Both the position numbers and the translations under genes were made by a program. From positions 141,480 to 205,479 of the forward strand of contig JASEFU010000002.1 of assembly GCA_030018455.1 (NCBI GenBank): DNA of 64,000 nt. The letters are read 5' to 3'. Positions 48,146 through 58,312 of this stretch are shown in pieces. The first letter of the stretch is position 1. Every line of letters starts with the position of its first letter. The stretch is from Dehalococcoidia bacterium. GTDB lineage: Bacteria > Chloroflexota > Dehalococcoidia > DSTF01 > JALHUB01. The notes beneath the pieces are model-generated. The model was not told where the DNA came from and ran no database searches. It saw nothing but the letters and a program-made list of their open reading frames with translations.

Positions 48146-49825
48146 ATGGAGTCTTCCCCGTACTGGCGTCGTTTTTCTGAGCAACGTCTTTCCCGGAGGA
48201 GGGCGCTTAAGGCGGGGCTTGTCGGGCTTGGGGGAGCAGGCGTCGCCCTTGCTGGCTGCGGCGGCGGCGAAGAAGAGCCCGCAGCGGAAGGGACGCCGGC
48301 GCCCGAGGGGACGGCCACGCCACGCCCTTACGGCACGCCGCGATACGGAGACCGCCTCATCCTCGGCCTGAGCGCCGACCCCGGCGGTCTCGACCCTCAC
48401 CTCTGCGTCACGTGCTACTGGGTCGCGGGCAACATCCACGGCTTCATGTACAGCGTCGACATCCGCGATCAGAGCACGCAGCTCCAGATGGCAGAAAGCT
48501 ACGAACGCGTCGACGAGGTCACGTACATCTGGAAGCTCAAGCCGGGGATCAAGTTCCATGATGTCGACCCGACGTTCGGCCGCGAAGTCGTGGCCGATGA
48601 CATCGTCTACAGCATGACGCGACGCCGCGACGACCCGGCCTCGCAAAACGATAAGCAACTGCTGCGCGACTTCACCGCCAGCTTCGAGGCGACCGACAAG
48701 TACACCTTCCAGTTGGTAACCACGCGCCCCTACGCGCCCGCCTACGACGAGATCGGCAACCCCAGCTACGCCATCGTGCCGCACGAGGCGGTCGAGAAGT
48801 GGGGCGACCTCCAGCACCACGCCGTCGGCTGCGGCGCCTTCATACTGCGCGATTTCGTCAAGGCAGAGAAGGTCATCCTCGACAGGAACCCCGACTTCTA
48901 CATGAAAGGCCTGCCTTACACCGACGGCCGCGATTGGATCATCGTGACCGATCCCTCAACCCTGCTGCAGGCGTTCAAGACCAAGCAGCACGACTACACG
49001 ACCGCCGCCCTCGACAAGCTGAAGGTGCAGGACCTCAAGAAGATAGAAGGCGTCATCGTTCGCGAGTCGGACAACTTCTGGCACCCGACGCTGCTCCTGC
49101 GCGTCGACAGGCCCCCCTTCGTGGACAAGCGAATGTGGGAGGCGGTCGACCTGGCGGTAGACCGGCAGGACCTGATCGACAAGATCGCGTTCGGCGACGG
49201 CAAGTTCGCCGGGCCGATAGTCGCCGACCTCAAGTACTGGGCGCTGCCCCAGGAAGAACTGCGCGAGTTCTACAAGGTCGACCTCCAGAAGGCAAAGCAG
49301 CTCATGGAGGCGGCCGGCTACGGCGACGGCGTCACCGTCGATGTGCCGGTGGAGAACGTCACCAACATGGCCAAGTACGCCGAGGTGGTCAAAGAGCACC
49401 TCGCGAAGATCGGGATCAACTGCAACCTCCAGCTCAAAGAGCTCGGCGTCTACCTGGCGCAGCATTTGTACCAGGGCAACTTCCAGATGACCTGGTACAT
49501 AAACCTCCCCTACGTCGAGCCCGATAGGCCGCTGGGCAACTGGTTCAGTAAGGGCGCCGCCGGCTTCAACTTCGCTGGCTACAACAACCCCGAAATGGAC
49601 GAATGGGTGTGGAAGGAGCGCTCGGAGTTCGACCCTGAGAAGCGGCGGGAAATCATACATGAGGCCCAGCGCGCAATGATGCGCGAGCACGGCCCGCAGA
49701 TCAACACCACGACCTCGCAGGGCTGGGTCGCCTACTGGGACTGGGTCCACGGGCCGGAGACCTCGGCGGGTATGGGGAGCTGGGGCTGGCTGGGCGTCGA
49801 TACGTACCTGACGGACCGGCACTAG
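48146..49825 (+). CDS. ABC transporter substrate-binding protein, family 5, Tat signal
   Basis: MESSPYWRRFSEQRLSRRRALKAGL twin-Arg; AAAGGAGGA SD; upstream 257 codons of ORF are spurious. Confidence 0.9.
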   Translation: MESSPYWRRFSEQRLSRRRALKAGLVGLGGAGVALAGCGGGEEEPAAEGTPAPEGTATPRPYGTPRYGDRLILGLSADPGGLDPHLCVTCYWVAGNIHGFMYSVDIRDQSTQLQMAESYERVDEVTYIWKLKPGIKFHDVDPTFGREVVADDIVYSMTRRRDDPASQNDKQLLRDFTASFEATDKYTFQLVTTRPYAPAYDEIGNPSYAIVPHEAVEKWGDLQHHAVGCGAFILRDFVKAEKVILDRNPDFYMKGLPYTDGRDWIIVTDPSTLLQAFKTKQHDYTTAALDKLKVQDLKKIEGVIVRESDNFWHPTLLLRVDRPPFVDKRMWEAVDLAVDRQDLIDKIAFGDGKFAGPIVADLKYWALPQEELREFYKVDLQKAKQLMEAAGYGDGVTVDVPVENVTNMAKYAEVVKEHLAKIGINCNLQLKELGVYLAQHLYQGNFQMTWYINLPYVEPDRPLGNWFSKGAAGFNFAGYNNPEMDEWVWKERSEFDPEKRREIIHEAQRAMMREHGPQINTTTSQGWVAYWDWVHGPETSAGMGSWGWLGVDTYLTDRH

Positions 49826-50036
49826 GCGGCGGCGGGAGAACGTAGCGCGAGGCATCGCTCCTCGTCGCGGCGGCTGGCCGTTGCCCTGCGCTAAGAGCTG
49901 AGGCTTCTCGCGCCACCGTTGTCTGCGGCGGTGGACGGGGTCCTGACTGCGGCGCTTCTCGGAGACCAGGGCGCCTCCGCTTTTCAACGCACGGGGGCCG
50001 AGGGCATCGCATCCGCAAAGCATCCAAGGAGGTACC

Positions 50037-51467
50037 ATGTCCGACCTTACTTCGCTCGACGCCACCGCCCAGGCCGATCTCGTCCGCCGCAAAGAGGTGA
50101 AGCCGATTGAGCTCGTCGACGCGACGATCGAGCGCATCGAGCGCGTCAACCCACAACTGAACGCTGTCATCCTACCCCTCTACGATCGCGCGCGGCAGGC
50201 TGCCGAAGGCCCCCTTCCGCAGGGCCCTTTCACCGGGGTGCCCTATCTTCTTAAAGACATCATCGCATCTTACGCCGGCGTCCCGCTTACCAGCGGCTCC
50301 GCCTTCACGAAGGACTTCGTCCCCGACCACGATAGCGAGCTCGTATGCCGCCTCAAGAAGGCCGGACTCATAATCGTCGGCAAGACGAACACGCCCGAGC
50401 TCGGCATCCTCCCCACAACGGAGCCGCGGCTCTTCGGGCCGACCCGCAACCCCTGGGACACGACCCGTACTACCGGCGGCTCCAGCGGCGGCTCGGCTGC
50501 CGCGGTCGCTTCCGGCGTCCTGCCGATGGCGCACGCCAACGACGGCGGCGGCTCCATACGCATTCCCGCCTCCTGCTGCGGGGTCTTCGGCCTGAAACCC
50601 ACCCGCGCGCGCAACCCTCTCGGCCCTGACCTCGGAGACATCCAGAGCGGCCTCGTCGTCGAGCACGCTGTCACCCGCTCCGTCCGCGACAGCGCCGCCC
50701 TCCTCGATGCCACGTGCGGCCCCGACGTCGGCGACCCCTACTGGGCGCCGCCGCCCGCGCGGCCGTTCATCGAAGAGGTGGGCGCCGACCCGGGCCGGCT
50801 GCGCATCGCCTTCACCACGAAGACGCTCACCGGCGCCGACGTCCACCCCGACTGTGCGGCCGCTGTCGAGGACGCCGCCGCCCTCTGTCAGGAGCTCGGC
50901 CACGAGGTGTCGGAAGGGGCGCCGGAGATTAATATCGAGGCGCTGACGCCCGCCTTCATGGTCCTCTGGGCCGCCGGCTGCGCCGCCAACATCGACGGCG
51001 TAGCCCTCCTCACCGGCCGCGTGCCCACGCCGGACCAGTTCGAGCCCCTTACCTGGGCGCTCGCCGAGCAGGGACGTTTGCAGAGCGCGCCTGCCTACGT
51101 GCTTTCCGTCGGGATCCTCCAGCGGGTCGCGCGGGACATCGCCCGCTTCTTCCTCGATTACGACCTCTGGCTGACGCCCACGCTGGCGGAGCCGCCGGTG
51201 CCGCTGGGCTCGTTCGATTCGCCGCCGGAGAACCCGTTGCTGGGCATGATCCGCGCCGGTGAATTCGTCCCCTTCACGCCCATCTGCAACGTGACCGGCC
51301 AGCCCGCGATGTCGGTGCCACTGTACTGGAACGCCGAGGGGCTGCCCGTGGGCACCCACTTCGTCGCCCGCTTCGGCGACGAGGCGACCCTGTTCCGGCT
51401 CGCCGCCCAGCTCGAAGAGGCGCGTCCCTGGGCCAACCGCCACCCGCCCGTCTGGGCCGGCGACTGA
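50037..51467 (+). CDS. Amidase (amidase-signature family)
   Basis: [14 protein letters not shown] signature, 476 aa, AAGGAGG SD. Confidence 0.9.
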   Translation: MSDLTSLDATAQADLVRRKEVKPIELVDATIERIERVNPQLNAVILPLYDRARQAAEGPLPQGPFTGVPYLLKDIIASYAGVPLTSGSAFTKDFVPDHDSELVCRLKKAGLIIVGKTNTPELGILPTTEPRLFGPTRNPWDTTRTTGGSSGGSAAAVASGVLPMAHANDGGGSIRIPASCCGVFGLKPTRARNPLGPDLGDIQSGLVVEHAVTRSVRDSAALLDATCGPDVGDPYWAPPPARPFIEEVGADPGRLRIAFTTKTLTGADVHPDCAAAVEDAAALCQELGHEVSEGAPEINIEALTPAFMVLWAAGCAANIDGVALLTGRVPTPDQFEPLTWALAEQGRLQSAPAYVLSVGILQRVARDIARFFLDYDLWLTPTLAEPPVPLGSFDSPPENPLLGMIRAGEFVPFTPICNVTGQPAMSVPLYWNAEGLPVGTHFVARFGDEATLFRLAAQLEEARPWANRHPPVWAGD

Positions 51468-51477
51468 ACGCGACGGA

Positions 51478-53400
51478 ATGCAGGCAGACGATGACATGGC
51501 CCGGGCGGAGGAGACGTGCCCGCGCCGGTGGGGCCGCGGAAGACTCGTCGCGGTGGCCGTCGCGGCGGTGGTCGTTGCCCTGCTGCTGCCCATCTCCGGC
51601 CACGGCGACTTCTACCTCAGCACCTTCAACACGTCACTCATCCTCACCGACCACCCGAACTTCTACCATGCCCTCGCCGACGAGCCTACCGGCGTCCTGC
51701 CGACGGGCCTCTCCGGCGGCCCTTACGGCCCCCTCTTCTACTACCCCAACGCCGCCTGGCTCGGTCTCCTCGATGCGCTCGATCTGGTCAACGTCGGCGG
51801 CTGGCAGCACACCACGCTCGATACCGTCCTCCGCGACGTTCCTGTCACCTTCCTGCTCAAGCTTCCCTACCTCGCCGTCTACGTCCTCGTTGCCCTCGTG
51901 ATGCTGCGGCTCTTCGACGACCGGCGCGGCGAGACGGCCGCCCTCCTCTGGCTCGTGAACCCTGCAGTCATTCTCTACGCGCTTCTGATGGGGCAGAACG
52001 ACGCCTGGGCTTTCCTGGCTGCCGTCTTCGCCCTGCTGCTGGGCAAGCACGCGCTGGAGCGAACGAACGCGGGGAAACAGCGGGAGACCTTCTTGCTGGC
52101 GCTCGCGGCCGCCGCCGCCCTCGCAGCCGGCGCGGCGACAAAGCTCACCCCGATCCTTCTCGTCCCGCCGTTCGCCCTCGTCCTCGGCCGAAGTCTCCGG
52201 CAAAAGGCGGCGATAGCTGTCGCCGGCGGCGCCACCTTCGCGCTGCTGGTGCTACCCTTTCTCTGGACGTCGTTCTTCTGGGACTACGGGCTGTTCGGCA
52301 CGCAGACCGGCAAGGCGGAGCGCGGCGATATCGCGCTGTTCGCAGCCCTTTACGCGCTGCTGGTGGCGTTCCTTTTCGTTCAGCGGCGCCGTCCCGCCGG
52401 CCAAGCGTTCCCCATGCTGGTCTACTCGTTTCTCGCCGTCCATGCCCTCATCTACTTCTTCCCCGACTGGAACCCGCAGCGGTCGATACTCATGGTCGGC
52501 GCCCTCGCCCTCGCCGTGCCCCAGAGGCGTGTCTTCCTGCTCCCCTACCTCGCAGCGACCGCGTACGCCCTCGCGCTCACGCTCGAGCACGGCAACGAGC
52601 TGGGGTCGGCGCTGTTCGCGCCCCTTACCGAACGCGCGCTCAACTTCCCACCGCTCGAACACGCCGTGCCGCGCGAGCCCCTGACGACGATTCTCTTCTG
52701 GCTCGGCGGCCTCTCGTGGGTGGCGGCCCTCGCGTGGCTGTGGCTCCAGCGGATGCGGCCGGCTGCATACGCGCCGTCGCCTTTTCTGGCGCCGGCGTTG
52801 CTCCTCTCGCTCGGCGGCTATCTCGCAGCGGTGTTCACGGTCGGCGGAGAGGTAGCGGTTGAAACGTTTCCGGAAGGGTCGACGCCGCAAGTCGTCAATG
52901 CTGGTGACATCTTCGCCTTCTCGTTCTTCTCCAGCCGCGACGACGTTCGCGCCATCAGCTTCAGCGTTCTGCGCGGCGACGCGCTCGCGAAGATGGCGGT
53001 TGTAGACGGCGACGGCACGGTGCTGGCATCCAGCGAACGGTTCTCGGTGGAGCCGGGACTGAACCGTATCGAGACGGGGCATATCGAGGGGGCGAAGGGG
53101 CGGCTCTTCCACGTGACTCTTATTCCCGAGGAGCCGCTGGAGATAGAGATGCGGCAGGCGCCGGCGGAGATGGCGGTGGCCTCGGCAGCGCTGAACGGCG
53201 AGGCGCTGGAGGGCACCGCCGGCTTCAGCGTCCACGTGCGCACCCCACGCTCCGCCCTCCTCTCGGACGCCGCTTCGCGTCTGGGCGACGAGTGGAAGAG
53301 CGTCGCCGCCAGTCTCATCGTGTGCCTGGGCGCCGTGGGTCTGCTGGCTGCGCCGGGCCTCGCCCTTCTTCCCGCGCGCGCCCGCATGCGATCGCCGTAA
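51478..53400 (+). CDS. Polytopic membrane protein, putative GT-C-type glycosyltransferase (DUF2029/PMT-like)
   Basis: ~12 TM N-terminal region with conserved acidic loop, C-terminal soluble domain. Confidence 0.5.
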   Translation: MQADDDMARAEETCPRRWGRGRLVAVAVAAVVVALLLPISGHGDFYLSTFNTSLILTDHPNFYHALADEPTGVLPTGLSGGPYGPLFYYPNAAWLGLLDALDLVNVGGWQHTTLDTVLRDVPVTFLLKLPYLAVYVLVALVMLRLFDDRRGETAALLWLVNPAVILYALLMGQNDAWAFLAAVFALLLGKHALERTNAGKQRETFLLALAAAAALAAGAATKLTPILLVPPFALVLGRSLRQKAAIAVAGGATFALLVLPFLWTSFFWDYGLFGTQTGKAERGDIALFAALYALLVAFLFVQRRRPAGQAFPMLVYSFLAVHALIYFFPDWNPQRSILMVGALALAVPQRRVFLLPYLAATAYALALTLEHGNELGSALFAPLTERALNFPPLEHAVPREPLTTILFWLGGLSWVAALAWLWLQRMRPAAYAPSPFLAPALLLSLGGYLAAVFTVGGEVAVETFPEGSTPQVVNAGDIFAFSFFSSRDDVRAISFSVLRGDALAKMAVVDGDGTVLASSERFSVEPGLNRIETGHIEGAKGRLFHVTLIPEEPLEIEMRQAPAEMAVASAALNGEALEGTAGFSVHVRTPRSALLSDAASRLGDEWKSVAASLIVCLGAVGLLAAPGLALLPARARMRSP

Positions 53401-53460
53401 GAGAAGATGGCGGTCTGTTGGGGATGCCCGGCTTGGCGGCGGACGTGGAGCGAACCCTCG

Positions 53461-54840
53461 CTAGCGCAGGTTGCGGGCGGCCTCGACGAGCGCCTCGTTC
53501 AGCGACGGGTGCCAGTGCGCGATGTCGGCGAGCTCGTCGACAGTGTTCTCCAGAGCTATCGCCTGCGCCGCCAGCCCGATGAGCTCGCCGGCGCCCGGCC
53601 CGAGCACGTGGACGCCCAGTACCTCGCCGTCCGGTCCCGCCAGCAGCTTCACGGCTCCTTCGGCCCGGCCGCGCGCCGCGGCGCTCGAGTTTGCGGCCAG
53701 GTCTGCCATCCCCGTCCGCGCGTCGAGCCCCTGCTCTCGCGCCTGCGCCTCGTTCAGCCCCACCCACGCCAGCTCCGGCTCGGTGTGAAGGGCGCGGGGC
53801 ACCGCACCAAGACGCACGCGCGAAGCCAGCCCCAGGGCGTTCTCGGCGGCAACGCGGCCCTGCAGCATGGCGGCGTTCGAGAACATGGGCCGGCCCGTGA
53901 CGTCGCCGACGGCGAAAATGTTCTCCACATTTGTCCGGCAGGCGGCGTCGACGCTGATGCCGTCCGGCGCCGCGCTCACGCCCGCCTCCTCCAGCCCCAG
54001 CCCTTCGAAGTGCGGCCGACGGCAGTCGGGCGCGGCGATGACCTCCGCCGCAACCCGCTCGTCGCCGATCCCTTCGACGGCGACCAGCGCTTCCCAGGCG
54101 GCGCCGTTGCCGCTCACCTCTTTGACCGTGCCGTTGAGTATGACGCGCACTCCTGCTGCCGCAAGCGCCTGGAGCAGATAGTCGAGCATCTCGCGGTCGG
54201 CGCCGGGCAGGGGATCGTCGCTTTCGTCCACGACTGTGACGGCCGTCCCGAAAACAGCGAGGACGAACGCCTGCTCCAGAGCGAAGCCCAGCCCCTCTGG
54301 CCCGCCGCCGAGGAAGAGGGCCGACGACGGCGCTTCGGGGAGGCGCAGCGCCTGGTCCATCACCAGCACCTCGCCGGAGTAACCGGGGACGAGCGGCGGC
54401 TGCGGGCGCGCGCCCGTGGCGATGACGAAGGCGCGCGCGGAGAGCTCGACGGCGCCGCCTTGCTTAAGACTGACAACCACCGAACGCGGCGAGGCGAACC
54501 GCGCAACCCCCTCGATCAGCTCGATTCCGCGGCCGCGCAACTGGTTCCGGATTCCATGGGAGATGCCGCCGACGATACGGTTCTTGCGCGCCTCCGCCCG
54601 CGCAAAGCTTGCGCCTTCGCCCAACGATAGCACGCCGGCAAGCGCCAGATCCTGCGCTTCGATGCGCGCCCGCGCCGTCTCCAGCATCACTGTGTTGGGC
54701 AGGCAGCCGAAGTTAACGCAGTTGCCGCCCGGCAAATCGGCCTCGACGATGGCTACGCTCGCCCCCAGTTCCGATGCGCGCAGCGCCGCCGCGTGCCCGC
54801 CCGGCCCGCTACCGATAACAACGATGTCTCTCTCTTCCAC
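53461..54840 (-). CDS. acoL: Dihydrolipoyl dehydrogenase (E3)
   Basis: FAD GxGxxG, redox disulfide GGNCVNFGCLP, NAD site, dimerisation domain. Confidence 0.9.
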   Translation of the reverse strand: MEERDIVVIGSGPGGHAAALRASELGASVAIVEADLPGGNCVNFGCLPNTVMLETARARIEAQDLALAGVLSLGEGASFARAEARKNRIVGGISHGIRNQLRGRGIELIEGVARFASPRSVVVSLKQGGAVELSARAFVIATGARPQPPLVPGYSGEVLVMDQALRLPEAPSSALFLGGGPEGLGFALEQAFVLAVFGTAVTVVDESDDPLPGADREMLDYLLQALAAAGVRVILNGTVKEVSGNGAAWEALVAVEGIGDERVAAEVIAAPDCRRPHFEGLGLEEAGVSAAPDGISVDAACRTNVENIFAVGDVTGRPMFSNAAMLQGRVAAENALGLASRVRLGAVPRALHTEPELAWVGLNEAQAREQGLDARTGMADLAANSSAAARGRAEGAVKLLAGPDGEVLGVHVLGPGAGELIGLAAQAIALENTVDELADIAHWHPSLNEALVEAARNLR

Positions 54841-54853
54841 GGCCCGTCCTTTC

Positions 54854-56080
54854 TCAAACGTCGAGCGGCAGGAGCTTTGGGTTCTCCAGCAGTTCCGTCA
54901 GCCGCGCCATGAACCGCGCCGCCGGCAGCCCGTCGATGACGCGGTGGTCGAACGTGAAGCTGTACGTCATCACCGGCGCCGCCACCACCTGACCGTCGCG
55001 GACGATCGCTCTTTCGACGATGGCGCCCGTGCCCAGGATGGCCGACTGCGGCTGGTTGATGATCGGCGTGCCGAAGCCCCATCCGCCGCCGAACGCGCCC
55101 AGGTTAGTGATGGTGAAGGTGCCCGCCGCAACGTCGTCGGGCAGGAGCGCTCCCGACCGCGCCTTCTCCGCCAGCGACGACGCCTCCCGGCTTATCTCGA
55201 TGAGCGACTTCTTATCGGCGTCCCTGATCACGGGCACGATGAGTCCTTCTTCGAGCGCCACCGCCATCCCGATGTTGATGTCTTCCCAGGTGACGAGCTC
55301 GTTGTTGATGATGCTGGAATTGACGATCGGGTTGTCGAGGAGCGCCCTGGCGGCGGCGACGATCAGGATGTCGGTGTAGGAGATGCGGACGCCCAGGTCA
55401 GCTTCCCGCTTCACCAACTCGTTGCGCGCTTTGACCAGCTCCGTGGCGTCGATCTCGCCCATCGACGTAAGCTGCGCCGAGACCGCGAGGCTGCGCTGCA
55501 TGTGCTCGGCGATGGCGGCGCGCATGCCCCGGAGCGGTGTCTTCCCTTTCACGCGCCGCCCCTGGTAGGCGATCTCGATCTCGCGCGCCCGCGCCTCGAT
55601 TGCCGCCTCCACGTCCTCCCTGATGATGCGGCCGCCTGGCCCCGTGCCGGCTATGGCCGTCACATCGATGCCGTGCTCCTCTGCCAGCTTCCGCGCCAGC
55701 GGCGACACGGCTACCCGCTCGCCCGGGGCGCGCGGCGGCGCTGCCGCTCCTGCGCCGGCTGCGGCAGGCGCTCTCGCTGGAGGAGCGGCGCCTGTGGTGT
55801 ATAGCTCCTTCGGCGGCTCCTTCTGCAACTGTTCCAGCTCCTCCTTCGTTGCCGCTATCAGGCCGACGACGCGTCCGACGGCCGCCTTCACGTCCTGCTG
55901 CACGAGGATGTGCACAAAGCCCGATGCCGCGGCCTGCACGTCCCACAGCGTCTTCTCCGTTTGGATGACGAGAACGACGTCGCCCTTATTGACGTGGTCG
56001 CCCTCGGCCACCTTCCACTCGACGAGCGTGGCCTCAGTCATTGTCATGCCCAGCTTCGGGATCGCTATGTATTCAGCCAT
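54854..56080 (-). CDS. acoC: Dihydrolipoamide acyltransferase (E2) with lipoyl domain
   Basis: Lipoyl domain (IQTEKTLWDV), Pro/Ala linker, 2-oxoacid_dh catalytic domain (DHRVIDG). Confidence 0.9.
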   Translation of the reverse strand: MAEYIAIPKLGMTMTEATLVEWKVAEGDHVNKGDVVLVIQTEKTLWDVQAAASGFVHILVQQDVKAAVGRVVGLIAATKEELEQLQKEPPKELYTTGAAPPARAPAAAGAGAAAPPRAPGERVAVSPLARKLAEEHGIDVTAIAGTGPGGRIIREDVEAAIEARAREIEIAYQGRRVKGKTPLRGMRAAIAEHMQRSLAVSAQLTSMGEIDATELVKARNELVKREADLGVRISYTDILIVAAARALLDNPIVNSSIINNELVTWEDINIGMAVALEEGLIVPVIRDADKKSLIEISREASSLAEKARSGALLPDDVAAGTFTITNLGAFGGGWGFGTPIINQPQSAILGTGAIVERAIVRDGQVVAAPVMTYSFTFDHRVIDGLPAARFMARLTELLENPKLLPLDV

Positions 56081-56105
56081 TTCAGTCCCTCGTTCGATAA
56101 ACGGT

Positions 56106-57095
56106 CTACCTGCGGAAGAAGCCCTTCGCGGCGGCCTGCCTCACCGTCTTGACGACGTCGATGACGCGCGGGCCGTCGCGCTGTAGCCGCAACCTGACGT
56201 CTTGCCCCGCCGCGACGTGGGCCTCGCGCTCGCCGTCCAGCGCGATGAGGCAGGGCGTGGTCTCCACCGCTACTTCTTCGCCCAGAGCGACCACAGCGCA
56301 CGCCTCTACGCCGATCTCCCCCACGACGCCCGGCAGCACAGGCGCCCGGACGCGCTCGCCGCCGCTCCCGATCCTGAGGTGAAGCCCGCAGTCGTCGTCG
56401 GGCCCGACAGCGCGAAGGCAGCCGCCGATGGACGATAGCCCCATCGTCCCCGGCTCCGCGCGCGTGCAGACGATTTCCCGCACCTCCGACATGTCCCACA
56501 CTGCCTTCGAGCCGACGAACGGCTGGTCGAGCACGACGGCGTCGATGAGCGCCATGTCCCGCTCGGCGCCATCCTCGAGGAGCAGCAGCCGCTTGTGCAC
56601 GCTGCTCACCTCCTCCACGTCGACGGCGCCCATCGCGATTATGCCCGCCGCCACTCCGGCCGTCGTCGCCTCCACCATGAGAGGGAAGACGTTGTTGGTG
56701 CCGGTGGAGACGGGGACGAGCGGGATGGAGCGGTCGCCCTTGACCACGGCGCGGTTCGTGCCGTCGCCGCCCAGAGTGACGACGCAGTCGACGCCGCGCT
56801 TGCGCATCAGCGCCATCGCCGCTGTGGAGTCGGTGTGAGTGGCAGTGAGCGGCATTTCGAGCAGCGACGTCTGCGCTCGCAGCCCGTCGGCAGGGAGGCC
56901 GGCGAGCGCCGCTTCGCCGAGGCCACAGTAGTCGGGGGCGATGACGATTTCGCCCACGCCGGTCGAGTCGATGCCGAGGATGATGCGCTTGAGCAGGTTG
57001 ATCTTGTCGCGGTTGCTGGTGACGCCGGCATACGCGACGAGCCGTCTGATGTCCTTGCCCGCCGCCGGGTTAGCGATGATTCCGACTTTGCCCAT
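56106..57095 (-). CDS. acoX: NAD-kinase-fold protein, AcoX-like (acetoin catabolism)
   Basis: GGDGT motif (VVTLGGDGTNRAV); position inside E1-E2 operon; start at internal M (MGKVGIIANPAAGKD). Confidence 0.65.
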   Translation of the reverse strand: MGKVGIIANPAAGKDIRRLVAYAGVTSNRDKINLLKRIILGIDSTGVGEIVIAPDYCGLGEAALAGLPADGLRAQTSLLEMPLTATHTDSTAAMALMRKRGVDCVVTLGGDGTNRAVVKGDRSIPLVPVSTGTNNVFPLMVEATTAGVAAGIIAMGAVDVEEVSSVHKRLLLLEDGAERDMALIDAVVLDQPFVGSKAVWDMSEVREIVCTRAEPGTMGLSSIGGCLRAVGPDDDCGLHLRIGSGGERVRAPVLPGVVGEIGVEACAVVALGEEVAVETTPCLIALDGEREAHVAAGQDVRLRLQRDGPRVIDVVKTVRQAAAKGFFRR

Positions 57096-57236
57096 GGCCT
57101 TACGGCCCACCCAATTGATCTCGCTGACTTCTGCTCCGGCCCGGCGCGCGTGCGTGTGGGCGGCGTTGGGCGTGGTCGCCGCAACATGGGCGCCGATCTT
57201 CCCACCCACCCGCCCACAGGCGTTTTCTGGGGATCT

Positions 57237-57319
57237 GGGGGACACCCCTGCCCTGCCGGCAGGCGGGCCCAGACCCCCGTCAGAGGGGAGAACCCCCTCT
57301 GAACTCCCCCAGTTGGGGG
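57237..57319. repeat. GC-hairpin repeat locus C (intra-operon, between acoB and acoX): GGGGACACCCC, CTGCCGGCAG, CAGAGGGG-AGAAC-CCCCTCTG, CCCCC-AGTT-GGGGG
   Basis: Multiple perfect short palindromes sharing motifs with loci A/B/D. Confidence 0.75.
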
Positions 57320-57331
57320 TCTATCGACTCG

Positions 57332-58300
57332 CTAGGCGCGGCCGGTCACGGCTTCGATCGCTGTCACGAGGTCCTTCGGCTGCGGTAGCACGTACTGCTC
57401 CATGTACCCCGCCGCTATTGGCAGGTTCGCCGCTCCCACTCGCTGTATCGGCGCGTCCAGCGCGTCGAACGCGTGCTCCATCACCTGCATCGCGATCTCC
57501 GCGCTCACGCCGCACCGCTTCGTGTCTTCGTCCGCGATCACCAGACGTCCCGTCTTCTGCACCGACCTGACGATGGTGTCGATGTCGAGAGGCTCCAGCG
57601 TTCGCGGATCGATTACTTCCACGCTCACGCGACCCTCGAGCTCGCCCGCCACGGCGAGCGCGGCGTGCACCATCGCCGACGTGGCAACGACCGTGACGTC
57701 TGTCCCCTCGCGCTTCACGTCGGCCACGCCCAGCGGCACCGTGTAGTCTTCTTCGGGCACGTCGCCCTGCACGCCCAAAAGCCGCTTGTGATAGAAGTAG
57801 ACGACGGGGTTGTCGTCCCTGATCGCCGACTTCATCAGCCCCTTCGCGTCATACGGCGTCGATGGCACGACCAGCTTGAGGCCGGGAACGTGCATGATGT
57901 AGGACTCGGGGCACTGCGAGTGCTCCGGCCCCAGCCGGGCGCCGCCGCCGATGCAGGCGAGGAACACCAGCGGCAGGTCCACCTTCCCGGCGTGAATGAA
58001 GCGCCACTTGGCGGCGTTGTTGATGATCTCATTGCCGGCGATGTACATAAAATCCGCGAACATGAAGTCGGCGACGGGACGGTAGCCGGCCATCGCCGCC
58101 CCCACGCAGGCGCCGGCGACGGCGGTCTCGCTGAGGGGGGTGTCCATCACCCGCTCCGGGCCGAACTGCTGCATAAGCCCTGTAGTGATGAAGAAGGCGC
58201 CCTGCTGGACGTCCTCTCCCAGCACGAAGACGGACTCGTCTCGCGCCATCTCTTCCGCCAGGGCCTCTCTTATCGCCAGCAGATAAGGCAACTGTCTCAT
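57332..58300 (-). CDS. acoB: Acetoin/pyruvate dehydrogenase E1 component beta subunit (transketolase-like)
   Basis: 322 aa E1-beta family. Confidence 0.9.
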   Translation of the reverse strand: MRQLPYLLAIREALAEEMARDESVFVLGEDVQQGAFFITTGLMQQFGPERVMDTPLSETAVAGACVGAAMAGYRPVADFMFADFMYIAGNEIINNAAKWRFIHAGKVDLPLVFLACIGGGARLGPEHSQCPESYIMHVPGLKLVVPSTPYDAKGLMKSAIRDDNPVVYFYHKRLLGVQGDVPEEDYTVPLGVADVKREGTDVTVVATSAMVHAALAVAGELEGRVSVEVIDPRTLEPLDIDTIVRSVQKTGRLVIADEDTKRCGVSAEIAMQVMEHAFDALDAPIQRVGAANLPIAAGYMEQYVLPQPKDLVTAIEAVTGRA

Positions 58301-58312
58301 CTCTCACCCCTT

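Noticed and set aside
47375-49825. 816-aa version of the third SBP
   Set aside because: The N-terminal 257 codons overlap the FTR-like gene antisense. The real start is ATG 48146 with an AAAGGAGGA SD.
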